Below, piece after piece: positions 27,827 through 38,736 of a DNA stretch of 64,000 nucleotides. The notes beneath the pieces were generated by a model. It saw only the letters and a list, made by a program, of their open reading frames with translations, was not told where the DNA came from and made no database searches. Source of the DNA: an uncultured Acidobacteriota bacterium (GTDB taxonomy: Bacteria > Acidobacteriota > Thermoanaerobaculia > Multivoradales > JAHEKO01); assembly GCA_963713825.1 (NCBI GenBank), contig CAVQNG010000005.1:490778-554777 (forward strand), read 5' to 3'. Positions within the stretch are counted from its first letter, which is position 1. Each line of letters begins with the position of its first letter. The position numbers were made by a program, and so were the translations under genes.

Positions 27827-29086
27827 TTACCTCGCAACCTGCTGGTGGCAGGAAACACAGAGATCGCCTGCGGGATCGAGATGCGACAGAGCTTTGAAAG
27901 GCGAGCCATGGGACCGGTGGCAACTCAGGCAATCGAGGGTCAGGTTCATGTTGCGCTGGTCCACGATCTCGTCCCCGAGGGGATGGGAGGAGTGCTGGCG
28001 CCAATCATGACAGGAGCCACACAGTTCGTCGACGCTCTCGTAGTCCGACAGAAACACATTGTCCGCCGCGTGGGGTGCATGGCAGGCGCTGCACTCACCA
28101 TCTTCGACTGGCTGATGTCTCGAGGCATCCTCTCCCAGATGGGCAGTGCTGTCCTGATGGCAGTTGGCGCACAACTCCTTGCCCGGTGCGATCAGCAATC
28201 CCGTTTCATTCGAGGCATGGGGATTGTGACAATTCAAGCAGGCGGTCTCGTCGGCAACCGGCCAGTGGAGCCGGTTCTTGTTGAAGGCGGCATTCAAGAC
28301 ATCGCTGTGACAGCCGCGACACAGCTGTGCGCCTGTCGCTTTCAATTCCAGCGCGTTGGGCGAGGAAGCTTCCAGGTGACACTGGTTGCACATCTTGTTG
28401 GTGAGCGGGGCGTGAACCTCGGCCAGCATGAGGCCCCCGTTGTTCGAGCCGTGCGGATCGTGACAGGAAGAGCAGCGCGAGTCTGCAACTGGATAGCCCA
28501 TGTGCTGTTGGGAAAACGAGGCCTGAGTGGTGTTGTGACAGGACTTGCACAGAGCTTCCATATCCTGTTTCAGCAGAGACCCGGCCTTGGTCGAGGCATG
28601 AGGGTCGTGGCAAGTGAGGCAATTCTGCCGCACTGGAGCGTGCCCGAACTCGCTCTGCTCCACGGTAGCCGCGATCTCCTCGTGGCAGCTGTAGCAGAGT
28701 TGATTGCCACCAGCGACCAGGACCTTGGGGTTTTGCGAAGCGTGGGGATCGTGGCAGGTAGCACAGTTGCCCTCGAGCACCGCTTGATGGATGCTCACCG
28801 CCTCTTCAGGAACGATGTCTGAATGACAGGTGGAGCAGATGGTGCTCGCATCGGAGTCCAGCAGCTGGCCGTGCGACGCCGCATGAGGATTGTGGCAATC
28901 GGAGCAATCGCCAGCTTTGACTGGTGTGTGCACGAAGGGCAACTTGATCTGTTCCTGGACCGTGACGTGGCAGTCGAGACAAAGCGCGCCCTTCGCACCC
29001 GTCTTCAAACGGTACGGATTCTGGGAAAAGGCTGCTGCCGGTAGGATCAGCAGGCCGATAAGAACGATCTTCCAGCGTAGGCGCAT
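27827..29086 (-). CDS. 16-heme c-type cytochrome (doubled-CXXCH family)
   Basis: Signal peptide MRLRWKIVLIG; 16 CXXCH counted; H.PV...CxxCH.PH pattern. Confidence 0.93.
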   Translation of the reverse strand: MRLRWKIVLIGLLILPAAAFSQNPYRLKTGAKGALCLDCHVTVQEQIKLPFVHTPVKAGDCSDCHNPHAASHGQLLDSDASTICSTCHSDIVPEEAVSIHQAVLEGNCATCHDPHASQNPKVLVAGGNQLCYSCHEEIAATVEQSEFGHAPVRQNCLTCHDPHASTKAGSLLKQDMEALCKSCHNTTQASFSQQHMGYPVADSRCSSCHDPHGSNNGGLMLAEVHAPLTNKMCNQCHLEASSPNALELKATGAQLCRGCHSDVLNAAFNKNRLHWPVADETACLNCHNPHASNETGLLIAPGKELCANCHQDSTAHLGEDASRHQPVEDGECSACHAPHAADNVFLSDYESVDELCGSCHDWRQHSSHPLGDEIVDQRNMNLTLDCLSCHRSHGSPFKALSHLDPAGDLCVSCHQQVAR

Positions 29087-29097
29087 CTCGAGTCCCT

Positions 29098-31068
29098 CTA
29101 TTCCTGATCGACGAAATGGCAGTCTTCGCAGGACCTTGCGGCGAAGGGGGCGTGGGCCTCCTCCTTGAACATCTTGGGATCCTGCGAGGAATGGGGAGCA
29201 TGACAGCTCATGCAATTCATGACCCCCGGGTCGATGTATACGTGAGCGTAAGCGAAACTGTCGGATTCCAGATTGTGACACTCACTGCAGAGCGTTGTGG
29301 TGTCCTTGCTCAACAGCGGAATCTGCTCAGAGAAGTGCGGCTCGTGGCACCTCTGACAGTCCCTGGCCGCCGGGTCATGCGCCACTTCCGAGTCCATTCT
29401 TGCCTTCAGGTCCTCGTGGCAGGCGGCACAAAGGTCCGGACCCTGGGCCAGAAGCAGGGCCGAGGATTTCGACTTGTGCGGATTGTGGCACCCGGTGCAT
29501 TGGCCTGCCGCCAGTGGCTCGTGTTGGCTGGCGGCTTCCTGCATGCCGTCACCGACATCCGAATGACATTCGATGCAGAGCTCGTCCTCGGCTTTCACGA
29601 TCATGCCGACTTCGTTACTGGCATGGGCGTCGTGACAACCGAGGCAATCCCCGTCTTCGAACGGATAGTGGGTGGTGCCGGCCGTTTCCGGCTTCAGCAG
29701 ATCCGCATGGCAGTCGGCACAAAGGGCCGAGCCGGCCTTCTTGAGCAGGCCCGCCTCTTCGGCACCATGCGCCGCATGACAGGCGACACAATCGCCGGTC
29801 AGGACCGGTTGATGAACATTGGACACCTGGTAGCTGAGCTCGGCGTCTCCGTGACACTCGAAGCAGACTCGATCGGGGCGGTCATTGAGGATGGCCACGG
29901 AGTTCGAGCCGTGCGGGTTGTGGCACGAAGCGCACATCCCGTCGACGTAGGGCATGTGCTCGGCCGCTTGCCCCGTCTCCGGCTCGCCGTGGCAGCTGGA
30001 GCAGAGCGCTGCACTTTCCTCGACCAGGAGACCTTCATGGGTCGCGGTGTGCGGTGCGTGGCAGGATCGGCAACCATCGCCGTCCGTCAGGGCGGCGTGA
30101 CTATTGAGAACCTCTTGTCCCTGCTCCGAGTGGCACTCGACACAGAGCAGATTGCCCTTGCGGGCCAGGAGAGAGGGGCTATCCGCGGCGTGGGGGTCGT
30201 GGCAGCCTTCGCACATGCCGGCGCCGAAGGGCTCATGCATCACAGAGCCCATCTCGGACAATCCGGACTCGTCGTGGCACTGGAAACAGAGGGAGCTACC
30301 GCCCTCGGTGAGCTCGAACGGAGTCGAGGAACCGGCTGCCTCATGGCAGGAGTCACAGGCGGCCTCGGCCACTGGAGCGTGAACGCTGGCCCTGAGTAGG
30401 GCGGGTTGAGATGCGGAATGAGGATCGTGGCACAGAGCGCAATCGGACGACTCGACAGGATAGCCCTGATGGGATCCTGCAAACCCGGCGTCGTTCGCCT
30501 CATGGCAAGAGAGGCACAAGGGGGTCGCTGCACTCGTCAGGAGATCGGGAAAGTCCGAGCTGTGAGCCTTGTGACACGCACCACACCCCTCGTCTCGCAG
30601 CACCTCGTGCACCACTGGCTGTTCGAAGTCTGCTCTGTCGTGACAGACGAAGCAGGCCTCGGCTCCCGAGGAGCCCAGAAGGTGTTGGCCCTGCGAAGCG
30701 TGTGGGTTGTGGCACGAAGTGCAATCGGTGCCGCCGAGAAGGGCGGTATGGACATGGGCCTTCTGCAATCCGAGAGACTCCTGGTCATGGCACTCGTAGC
30801 AGAGCTGATTGCCTTGCTTCTTCAATAGCAGCTTGGGCACGAGGCCGTGTCTCAGGTGACAGGTCTCACAGTTACCGTCCTTCATGCCAGGATGCTGGCT
30901 CTTCATTCCGCGGTACTGCTGCTCGAACTCGGCATGGCAGTCGGCGCAGTCTTTCGAGCCCCCCAGCGACCGTCGCTTCTGGGCCAGGGTCGAATCGCTT
31001 GCACCCAGTGCCAAGACGGTCCAGATCAGCAACAGGACACCAAGGCGGGTCGTTCTTTCTCCGTTCAT
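29098..31068 (-). CDS. 26-heme c-type cytochrome (doubled-CXXCH family)
   Basis: Signal peptide; 26 CXXCH counted. Confidence 0.93.
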   Translation of the reverse strand: MNGERTTRLGVLLLIWTVLALGASDSTLAQKRRSLGGSKDCADCHAEFEQQYRGMKSQHPGMKDGNCETCHLRHGLVPKLLLKKQGNQLCYECHDQESLGLQKAHVHTALLGGTDCTSCHNPHASQGQHLLGSSGAEACFVCHDRADFEQPVVHEVLRDEGCGACHKAHSSDFPDLLTSAATPLCLSCHEANDAGFAGSHQGYPVESSDCALCHDPHSASQPALLRASVHAPVAEAACDSCHEAAGSSTPFELTEGGSSLCFQCHDESGLSEMGSVMHEPFGAGMCEGCHDPHAADSPSLLARKGNLLCVECHSEQGQEVLNSHAALTDGDGCRSCHAPHTATHEGLLVEESAALCSSCHGEPETGQAAEHMPYVDGMCASCHNPHGSNSVAILNDRPDRVCFECHGDAELSYQVSNVHQPVLTGDCVACHAAHGAEEAGLLKKAGSALCADCHADLLKPETAGTTHYPFEDGDCLGCHDAHASNEVGMIVKAEDELCIECHSDVGDGMQEAASQHEPLAAGQCTGCHNPHKSKSSALLLAQGPDLCAACHEDLKARMDSEVAHDPAARDCQRCHEPHFSEQIPLLSKDTTTLCSECHNLESDSFAYAHVYIDPGVMNCMSCHAPHSSQDPKMFKEEAHAPFAARSCEDCHFVDQE

Positions 31069-32858
31069 GGGTTCTCCTGAGAGTTCAGGCCGAGCAGCTG
31101 CTGGAGCCTGTCGTCGGTGACGAGAATCTCGATGTCAGAGGCCTTGCGCAACTCCTCGGCGTAGCGATCGATCGCTTCCTGTCGCTCTCGTCCAAAGGCC
31201 TGTTTGGCAATCTGCTCCCTGACCTGATCGAACGACTGTGGAGTGGCTGGGAAGGTCTCCATGATGTGGAGAGCGTAAGAAGGTTTTCCGGGTTCGCCGT
31301 AGAAGCGGAAATCACCGGCTGCTGCGCCAGCGACCGCACTCCGGACTCCGGCGGGTAAACCGGGCACTGCCAACAGACTCCGGTTGAATTGCAGGGTGGG
31401 CTGATCGTCACCGGGTGGAATCTGACCGCTGGCATTCTCGCCCATCCACTGCATGTCCGCGCCCTGTCGCAACTTCTCTAGCGCGGCCTCCGCATCGGCC
31501 TTCTCGTAGAAGACCAGGCTGTCGATACGCATCATCTCGGGTCCGGTGTAGTCGGAGAGATGGTCCTGGTAGTAGGCCTGGAGCTCTTCTTCATCGAGAC
31601 GGATCTCTGGATTGATCACCCGGCTGACAAAGGCAGCGAAGATCATGGTTTCTCGCAGGTCCTCGACCGAGGACTGGAATTCGCTCGAATCCAAGATTCC
31701 CAGCCTTTCTGCCTCCAGCTCGGCGGATCTCTCCAGCGTCAGGCGATCGAGAACCCCGAGGACCTCGTCGTTGACCCTCTGCTGCTCGAGGGCTCGCTCC
31801 ATGCCATGGAAGAGCTCTTGTTCGATGGTCCTGGTCAGTTCAGCCACCGTGATCGGTTCACCGCCATCGACCTCGGCCAGTACCCTCTGATCGTTGCGAA
31901 AGTCCTCCAACCCGGCACTGCCTGCACTGTCGAAGTCGAGGCTTTCTGCCAGCTCCCGATCCGCGGTGATGTAGCGGCCTCGCATTTCTTCGGTGTAGTC
32001 GCGAAGTCGTTCCATCTGACGGATTGTCAGGGCCTGACCTTCCGCTTCGGCGCGGGCCTCGGCATCTTCAGGAATGCGAGAGTCGAGCAGCTTCACGACG
32101 GCGAGGCCGCCAGTGATCGGAATTGGCGCGCTGATTTCTCCTGCTTCCATCTGGGTCAGGGCCTCAGTCACTGAAGGCCACATCTCGGCGGCTTTGAGGT
32201 AGTCATCACCCATGGATACCTGCGCCTTGCCCTGCTGTACCATCCTCTTCGCCTGGGCCTCGAAGTCACCGCCCCCCCGAATGGCCGCCTCGAAGTAACT
32301 TGCATCCTCGGCATCCTGGAAGAGGACAGATTGGACTTTCACTTCGCGAACGGCATCACGATACAGCTGCTGCGCGACTTCCGGATCACCTGTAACGATG
32401 TCTTGGACCGCCGCTTGAGCGATCCTCTGCCGAAGGAGGTCCAGGCGCCCCTCCTGCAGCCTGTTGATGACCTCTGGCAGCTCGCCCAAGCCGATGGCCT
32501 CGGCTTCTTGCATCATGAGTGTGGAGTTGATCACCCTGTCCAACAGCGCCGCAGCATCGGGGCGCTGGACCTTTTGACTCGCCTCGCCGAGGTCGACGTG
32601 GAAAGAGCTGACTTGACGCAGGAAGTCGTCGAGCGTGATGGGCTCGCCATTGACCCTGGCCAGGGGCTCCTGATCGGGAGCTTCGATCGGCTGAGCCCCG
32701 GCCGAGCCAACTGTTGCCGCGCAACAGGCGATCGCGCCTAGTATCAGGGGTAGTTTCTTGCGGCTGGCTATTGTCAAGATCGATTCCTCCAAACCTCGGG
32801 AATTCTGTACCGGATACAGTCTGTCAGCCATACTCTGTTGGGTAGCTGGCCTAACCAC
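31065..32858 (-). CDS. SurA/PpiC-type peptidyl-prolyl isomerase chaperone (OscH-like); start probably ~32776
   Basis: LARVNGEPIT, GDFEAQAK, GEISAPI; duplicated SurA-rotamase architecture; position in the omcS cluster. Confidence 0.8.
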   Translation of the reverse strand: MVRPATQQSMADRLYPVQNSRGLEESILTIASRKKLPLILGAIACCAATVGSAGAQPIEAPDQEPLARVNGEPITLDDFLRQVSSFHVDLGEASQKVQRPDAAALLDRVINSTLMMQEAEAIGLGELPEVINRLQEGRLDLLRQRIAQAAVQDIVTGDPEVAQQLYRDAVREVKVQSVLFQDAEDASYFEAAIRGGGDFEAQAKRMVQQGKAQVSMGDDYLKAAEMWPSVTEALTQMEAGEISAPIPITGGLAVVKLLDSRIPEDAEARAEAEGQALTIRQMERLRDYTEEMRGRYITADRELAESLDFDSAGSAGLEDFRNDQRVLAEVDGGEPITVAELTRTIEQELFHGMERALEQQRVNDEVLGVLDRLTLERSAELEAERLGILDSSEFQSSVEDLRETMIFAAFVSRVINPEIRLDEEELQAYYQDHLSDYTGPEMMRIDSLVFYEKADAEAALEKLRQGADMQWMGENASGQIPPGDDQPTLQFNRSLLAVPGLPAGVRSAVAGAAAGDFRFYGEPGKPSYALHIMETFPATPQSFDQVREQIAKQAFGRERQEAIDRYAEELRKASDIEILVTDDRLQQLLGLNSQENP

Positions 32859-32870
32859 CCTTGCGGGTGG
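32830..32870. promoter_or_regulatory. Tandem CYACCC-N4-GGGTRG sites upstream of the PPIase gene
   Basis: ATACTC-TGTT-GGGTAG (32830) and CCACCC-TTGC-GGGTGG (32855). Confidence 0.55.
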
Positions 32871-32942
32871 CTCGGCTCGCCGGATGGCGAGCGTAACCGG
32901 AGTGTGATTGCTGAGCGGCAGTGAACATCGCGAATGAGATCC

Positions 32943-34163
32943 CTATTTCGAGACGACGTGGATCAGTGCTCGGCTCATCCGGGATGCCAGATCCTGAGCT
33001 GTAGGAATGCTCCGCGCATCGAAGAAGAACACTCCATCACTGCCTTTGCTGAAGCTGATGGACGACCAGATCGCCTGTTCGGTCCGGGTGTCGACGGCTC
33101 GAAAGGAGAAGTCCACGACCGGATAGGGAGTTCCGGGGCCCGTTTCGAGGTATCGATCCACCTCGCCGAAGAGTGCGAGATCGGCTTTCATATCGATGCG
33201 AAGGATATCGGTGTCGGACGACGAAGGACCTTCAGTGTAGATCTGGCGCGTCTCCAGGAGCACCTGCCGGACGACGCCCGGTTCGATGATATCAGCTCCC
33301 AGCCGGACCAGGTGTCGAATGACCTGGTCGGTCAAGATCTCCCCGGCATAGTGTGTCGAGCTGTCGTTGGAAAAAGGGAGCACCGCCACCCGCTCGGCCT
33401 GTCTACGAACGTCTGGAAACTCAGGCGCGGCAAAGTAGACCCTGGGTCGAAAACGGCGGGAGCCCTTGACCCGACCTCTTCCCTTTTGCCTATTGCTGAC
33501 CGCTTGGGAGGACTCCAAGCCTGCAAAGGCGTCGGCGAGCTGAGTCGTGACTTTATCCAGGATCTCATCGAAGCCGTTGATGATGCCAAGGCCCAGAAGA
33601 CCTGGGGATTCGTCTCCGGTTCGAACTGCGCTGTCCATCCAGAGGATTCTCGGTTCTGCCGCCGTCGTGACGAGTCTGGAGGTGAGGGCCAGCTTGGGAG
33701 GGTTGGCTTCCTGGTACAGGTCGACAGACGTAATGAGGACCCCCTTGGCGCCGATCTCGGTCTGGAAGGACTGGGCCAGTACTCCATTGATGCCCCCCGT
33801 GAAGCGAATCCGGTGCCGGCGCATGAAAAGCTCCACGACTTCACGATCGAGGATCTCGTAGCCCCGAAATCCGAGCTTTATGGCGAGCATCGCCTGGATC
33901 TTGTCGATCGGGGCTGACCGCCGACTCCGATCCCAGATCGGCAGCATGGCGATCGATTCTGCGGAGGGAGCTGCGTAGACTGCCGAAGGCTGCAGGACCG
34001 GTCCGGTCTCCGGCCCTCCTTCAGCCACAGGCTCGATCTGCGCCTGCGTCGGGGCAGCTGGCATGGCACTGGCCACCATTGCCAAGGCCAGGAGCCGCCT
34101 GACACTCCGAAGGGTAGGTCTGTCTCGCAGGGAGCTCATCGAATCCAGGGGTCTATTGCACAA
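32943..34163 (-). CDS. Exported protein with two CsgG/TolB-N-like domains (OscG-like)
   Basis: IAMLPIWDRS and VAVLPFSNDS repeats; synteny. Confidence 0.7.
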   Translation of the reverse strand: MCNRPLDSMSSLRDRPTLRSVRRLLALAMVASAMPAAPTQAQIEPVAEGGPETGPVLQPSAVYAAPSAESIAMLPIWDRSRRSAPIDKIQAMLAIKLGFRGYEILDREVVELFMRRHRIRFTGGINGVLAQSFQTEIGAKGVLITSVDLYQEANPPKLALTSRLVTTAAEPRILWMDSAVRTGDESPGLLGLGIINGFDEILDKVTTQLADAFAGLESSQAVSNRQKGRGRVKGSRRFRPRVYFAAPEFPDVRRQAERVAVLPFSNDSSTHYAGEILTDQVIRHLVRLGADIIEPGVVRQVLLETRQIYTEGPSSSDTDILRIDMKADLALFGEVDRYLETGPGTPYPVVDFSFRAVDTRTEQAIWSSISFSKGSDGVFFFDARSIPTAQDLASRMSRALIHVVSK

Positions 34164-34734
34164 GCTGGTCGATGACCGCCTTGACCGCCTCGGTGGTGAC
34201 GATGTTCATGGGCTGGCCTCCGCCTCCGAGGAGTCGCTCCGAGGCGCCGACCCCACCGCGCGAAGCCGAAGCGCTCCAGACGGAGAGACCGGTCTGGCCT
34301 TCGAGCATCCTGACGCTGAGCGAGCATACGGTCGCGGCCGCCACGCCCGAGCGGACTTCGCCGTACTCGAGCACGGTTCCGGTGATCAGAACGTCGGCCT
34401 CGAGGTTCTCGGCCAAACGGATGGCCTCCTCGCTGGTCGGTTCTGTCGGGTTTTCCGGCTGGATTCTCGAGATCGACCTCGCCACTTCACCCGGTGGAAT
34501 GACATAGACCTCCACGGTGGCTTGTAGCATCGTCATGAACACGTCGCGGACTCTCTCTCCCGCGTTCCCAGTCGCGGTCAGATCGACGAAGGGCATGACC
34601 GCTACCGAACGAACCAGCCCGAAGTCCATATTGGGGTCGTGGAACGTCGACTGTGCGGCGGGCTGCGATGAGCAGCCCCACAGGCTGATCAGGGCAACGG
34701 TCGCTAGGATGAGTGGCAGGATTCTGTGGTTCAT
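34153..34734 (-). CDS. CsgG/DUF799-like lipoprotein (OscF-like)
   Basis: Lipobox LWGC, SVAVMPFVDLT, ADVLITGTVLEY. Confidence 0.8.
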   Translation of the reverse strand: MNHRILPLILATVALISLWGCSSQPAAQSTFHDPNMDFGLVRSVAVMPFVDLTATGNAGERVRDVFMTMLQATVEVYVIPPGEVARSISRIQPENPTEPTSEEAIRLAENLEADVLITGTVLEYGEVRSGVAAATVCSLSVRMLEGQTGLSVWSASASRGGVGASERLLGGGGQPMNIVTTEAVKAVIDQLVQ

Positions 34735-34774
34735 GGCTAGGCTCCTTCGGCAATCGGGCGCTGTCTGTCTCACC

Positions 34775-37015
34775 CTAGAAGATGATTCTGGTGCCGAATC
34801 TCAATATATCGGAGTTGCCGAGCTCGAACTCCGAATCGGTCTCGGATCGTTGATAGGACGCCTGGATATACCAGCGGCTGGTGATGTTCCACCGGACCCG
34901 TGGAGTGAACAGCTTGAAGACCGTATCGAACTCGGATCGATAGGTCTCGTTGTAGTTGATGCTCAATTGCAGGTTTCCGTTGGGGAACGGCGACCAGCTG
35001 ACTGCCCAGTCGGTGAATGTCCGGTCGTCGGTGTCGGTCTCTGTTTGGAGGCGATAACCACCGAATAGATAGACAGCCGGAAATGGAGTAAAGGTCAGGC
35101 TGATGCGGCCGAGGCTCTTGTCTCGATCGCGGCTGCCATCGATATCGCCGCCCTTTTCCTGGTCGTTTCGCAGTAGGTACTGCAGATTCACCGCCAAGGT
35201 GCGGTGCGGGATCAGGGTGGCGTTGGCGTTGACCTGGGTGCCGTCGATCTGGAGTCCGTCTGGTCGCTCAGCAGTGGTCGCACCGACGCCGACATCGACT
35301 CGCACACCCTTGTAGAGCTCGGCGTAGGTTAGCAGGAACAGCGACTTGTCGCTGGTGGAAAGGCCCTCGAACTCACCTTCCGTGCCGCTGAGCCCCTCGA
35401 ACTCACCTTCCCTGCCGCTGAACACGAGGGTCTGCTGCAGCGTCGGAAGCCAGGCGGCGCGGAGCGATGCCGAATAGGGGTAGGTCGTGCGATCTCCGTT
35501 CGATTCTCGCCCATCTTGGCGCGCGGCGCGCGCAGAGACCGTATAGGTGGGGTTGATCTCCTGGCGAAACGAGAGTCCGTTCGACATTTCCCAGGTGGCT
35601 TCGAAATCGTCGGTCTTGCGCGCGGCATAAGCGAACTCGTAGTAGAAGAACCGGTTTTCCAGCAACTGGGTGCGCAGGCTGGTGTTGAACCGATGGTTGG
35701 TTTGAGAGGTCTCCCTCTCGATCTCGGTGGATGAGGTCCTCTCGAAGGCTTCGAGCTCGGTGACAAAGATGTTGCGAAACTCTCCGGGCAGGGGAGCGGT
35801 CAGGTCGAGCGGCCTCACCACGACCTTGATGTAGCGTTGGGAGACATCGCCGAAGCGCAGCTCGAAGCGGGGATCCAGGGGACCTCCGAAGGGGGCCCGG
35901 GGGATTGTGGCCTGGAAGTCCCAGCGCCGGTTGTCGATGCTGGTGTAGATATCCCACGTGAAGAAGCCGGCCACCTCTGGCGGCAGCTCGCGATCCACCC
36001 ATACTCGGAGTGTGTCGACCGTCTTGGGCGTGTCCAGATCCAGGCCGAGGTTGCGGGGACTGTCGTCACCCCCCGGCGGCGGGAGCCCCAGATCAATCCC
36101 GGCTGAAGCTTGCAGATTGCCGTCGATGAGTGCCGGATTGGGCTCCAAGACTACATTGCTCGGAAACTCGGTGTTGGCGGATAGCCCAGAGAAAGCCGGC
36201 ACAGGTACGATGACTTCGCCACCCACGCCTTCCGAGATCGTCGTCAGATTCTGATGGTTGACGTTGTACTCGGCCAGGAAATGCAGACGGTCGCGCCAAC
36301 GTCGATCGAAATAGGTGACTCGGCCGGTATTGCTGAAGCGCTCCGTATCGACCTGCTCCAGTTGATCGGCCCTCTGTTCGACGCCGCCGCGGTAGTAGAA
36401 CTGGAGTGAATCGTAGAGCTCGTATTCCATGGTGAGGTCGGCCACGTCCTGGGTGGTATCCTGACGCTCCCTCTGCGAGTCGTAGGCTTTCCTATGCACC
36501 AGTCGGAGTCGCCATTCCGGGTACCGCTCGGGCGTCCAGCCGAAGACCGCGTCGAAGGTCTCCTGCACTTCTTTCAGCGACAGGCCGGCGGTTTCGACGC
36601 GATCGTCGAGGCGTACGTAGCCAAGGTAGGCGTCGTACAACGGAGTATTGAGTGTCAGTCTCAAGTAGGGTTGAAGCCTCTGCCTTTGGGTGTCTGGTAG
36701 GGGGTCTCCACCGCCGGCATCCTGGCCGTCGTTCTGCTCGAAAAGGCCTCCAACCAGTAGTCGCAGGTTGGGATACAGGGTCCAGTTCACGTTGAGGCTG
36801 TAGCGCTGCAACAGGTTGAGTCGACGAATGTCGGAGGGGGGAGACCCGACCAGCTGGTCCTGTCTGTTAGACCGGTCGGCTCCCAACTCGACGTAGCCGT
36901 CGAGTTGTTGCGCCCGGGGAGCTGTCTGGCCGACGATGGCTAGCAATATCAACGTCAGGGCTGGCCGCACCAGTCCCCTGGTACCCAAACGAACTGTCAA
37001 TTGGTGGCGGTTCAC
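34775..37015 (-). CDS. Outer-membrane beta-barrel protein with an inserted soluble domain (OscE-like)
   Basis: Signal peptide, amphipathic strands, C-terminal Phe (FGTRIIF). Confidence 0.78.
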   Translation of the reverse strand: MNRHQLTVRLGTRGLVRPALTLILLAIVGQTAPRAQQLDGYVELGADRSNRQDQLVGSPPSDIRRLNLLQRYSLNVNWTLYPNLRLLVGGLFEQNDGQDAGGGDPLPDTQRQRLQPYLRLTLNTPLYDAYLGYVRLDDRVETAGLSLKEVQETFDAVFGWTPERYPEWRLRLVHRKAYDSQRERQDTTQDVADLTMEYELYDSLQFYYRGGVEQRADQLEQVDTERFSNTGRVTYFDRRWRDRLHFLAEYNVNHQNLTTISEGVGGEVIVPVPAFSGLSANTEFPSNVVLEPNPALIDGNLQASAGIDLGLPPPGGDDSPRNLGLDLDTPKTVDTLRVWVDRELPPEVAGFFTWDIYTSIDNRRWDFQATIPRAPFGGPLDPRFELRFGDVSQRYIKVVVRPLDLTAPLPGEFRNIFVTELEAFERTSSTEIERETSQTNHRFNTSLRTQLLENRFFYYEFAYAARKTDDFEATWEMSNGLSFRQEINPTYTVSARAARQDGRESNGDRTTYPYSASLRAAWLPTLQQTLVFSGREGEFEGLSGTEGEFEGLSTSDKSLFLLTYAELYKGVRVDVGVGATTAERPDGLQIDGTQVNANATLIPHRTLAVNLQYLLRNDQEKGGDIDGSRDRDKSLGRISLTFTPFPAVYLFGGYRLQTETDTDDRTFTDWAVSWSPFPNGNLQLSINYNETYRSEFDTVFKLFTPRVRWNITSRWYIQASYQRSETDSEFELGNSDILRFGTRIIF

Positions 37016-37295
37016 AGGAGGCTATCCATCGAGATCTTCTGAGCGGTGCTGAGACTCCCGGCCCGATCGCAACCGGAGGGGGCCGCTGTCGGGTTGCTTC
37101 CAGCTCTCAGAGGGAAGACCACAACCCTGAAACTTCAAGGCTATCTTGTCTGCCTGGGCCCTCGATAGCCACATGCCGCGGGGTGGTAGGCGCCCCCCCC
37201 CCGCCGGGGTGGCACCTACCCGGAAAGACCGGAGACGGTGGTCGGTGAGGAGCCTGTGCGCCCAGATTTGGTCACTAGCTCGTTCCCCGCGCCTC

Positions 37296-38699
37296 CTAGT
37301 CGCCCGTCAACGCCAGCCAAAACGGTGCTGCATCCACAGCGGTGCGTGTCTTGGTGCTCTTGCCTACGACCTCGATGGAGCGGACTTCTCGGAGCTCGGC
37401 CAGGACGACGAAGAGGGCGTTCTGTTCCCCATCGAAGGACAGGAAACTCGGCGTTGCATCGACCGAAATCGAGTCGATCGGCAGCAGGGAAAAGGGATCG
37501 AAGATCTCGATCTCGCCAGAACCCTGGCGACTCAGATAGAGGTAGTCGGTTTGGGGGTTGACCTTCAGAGCTGTCACCCGCGGCCCGACGTAGACCTTGT
37601 TTCTGACGACCAGGGTCTCCGGGTCGACCACGGAGACATAGGGCGAGTGCCGATGGGCGACATAGAGTGAGCCCCCGAGTCGGTCGAGTTGGCCCCAGAA
37701 GGGGCCGGGATCGGTGGCGATGGTGCCGACCAGCGATCGCCGGCTGACATCGATGGCTGTAATGGTGGCGGACCCGGTATTGAAGACGTAGGCTCGCTGT
37801 CCGGCGCCATCCATCAGGACGGCCTCGGGCTGGTCGCCGACCGTGATGCGGTCGGTTTCGACCATGGAGAGCGGATCGATGAAGCTCAGGGTGCGTGAAC
37901 CGTGATCGGCAGCTAGGAGGGTGGCTCCGTCGGGGGTGAGGGCCAGGCCCACAGGCTGATCCCCGCCGCGCAGTCGCAGCGTGCTGAGTGAGCGGAACTC
38001 CAGCAGCCCGATCTCGAGGACAGTGTCGTCGCCTGGTAAGGCGACATAGGCTCGGCTTCGTCTCGAGTCCAGGGCGATCGCAGACGGCTCTCTACCGGTA
38101 GGAATGACGCCGACCACCCTGCCAGAGACCTTGTCGAACAGGGTGACGGTGTTGGCCTCGCGATTCGAGACGAGGGCCAGCAGGCCGCTCGCGGGTCGGG
38201 GCGGGGTCTGGCTTCGGAAGACTGGAGTGAAGAGGTCGGTCCCCCTGACCGAGGCCCGCGGGTCGAGTGTCAGGCTGAGGACCGTTGCCTGCTTTCTGTC
38301 CACTCGAAAAGGCACTGTAATGGAAATGGGCTCCGAGGGTGGCGGCAGTGCGATCTTCTCGCCCTGAGATTCGAGGCTGGCGGCCCCGATCGTCATGCTC
38401 AGGCCACTGTACTGGCCCGGGGGGAGCACGGAAGAGGAGAGGGCACGCTGCCGGAGCTGCTCCGCCCCACGAATCTCCCGGAGGAAGATCGGCAGCGTGA
38501 AGGTCTCACCAGCGGCATTTCTGGCCTCGAGCTCGAGGATCCGGAAGTCCAGTTGAGTGGCTTCGGCAACAAAAGGCTCCAGATACAGGTACAGGGCTCC
38601 ATCGACTTCGAGCGGCCGCGGGGCAGCCCCGAGCTCAGGGCTGGCGACAGCGCTGAACACAAGACAAACGAGCACTACCGAAATGACTTTGTGACGCAT
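37296..38699 (-). CDS. YVTN/YncE beta-propeller protein (OscD-like)
   Basis: RAYVALPG, RAYVFNTGS, LYVAHR repeats; signal peptide. Confidence 0.82.
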   Translation of the reverse strand: MRHKVISVVLVCLVFSAVASPELGAAPRPLEVDGALYLYLEPFVAEATQLDFRILELEARNAAGETFTLPIFLREIRGAEQLRQRALSSSVLPPGQYSGLSMTIGAASLESQGEKIALPPPSEPISITVPFRVDRKQATVLSLTLDPRASVRGTDLFTPVFRSQTPPRPASGLLALVSNREANTVTLFDKVSGRVVGVIPTGREPSAIALDSRRSRAYVALPGDDTVLEIGLLEFRSLSTLRLRGGDQPVGLALTPDGATLLAADHGSRTLSFIDPLSMVETDRITVGDQPEAVLMDGAGQRAYVFNTGSATITAIDVSRRSLVGTIATDPGPFWGQLDRLGGSLYVAHRHSPYVSVVDPETLVVRNKVYVGPRVTALKVNPQTDYLYLSRQGSGEIEIFDPFSLLPIDSISVDATPSFLSFDGEQNALFVVLAELREVRSIEVVGKSTKTRTAVDAAPFWLALTGD

Positions 38700-38736
38700 C
38701 GTCGAATGTTGCTGGTAGGCCCTTCGAAAAGGCCCA

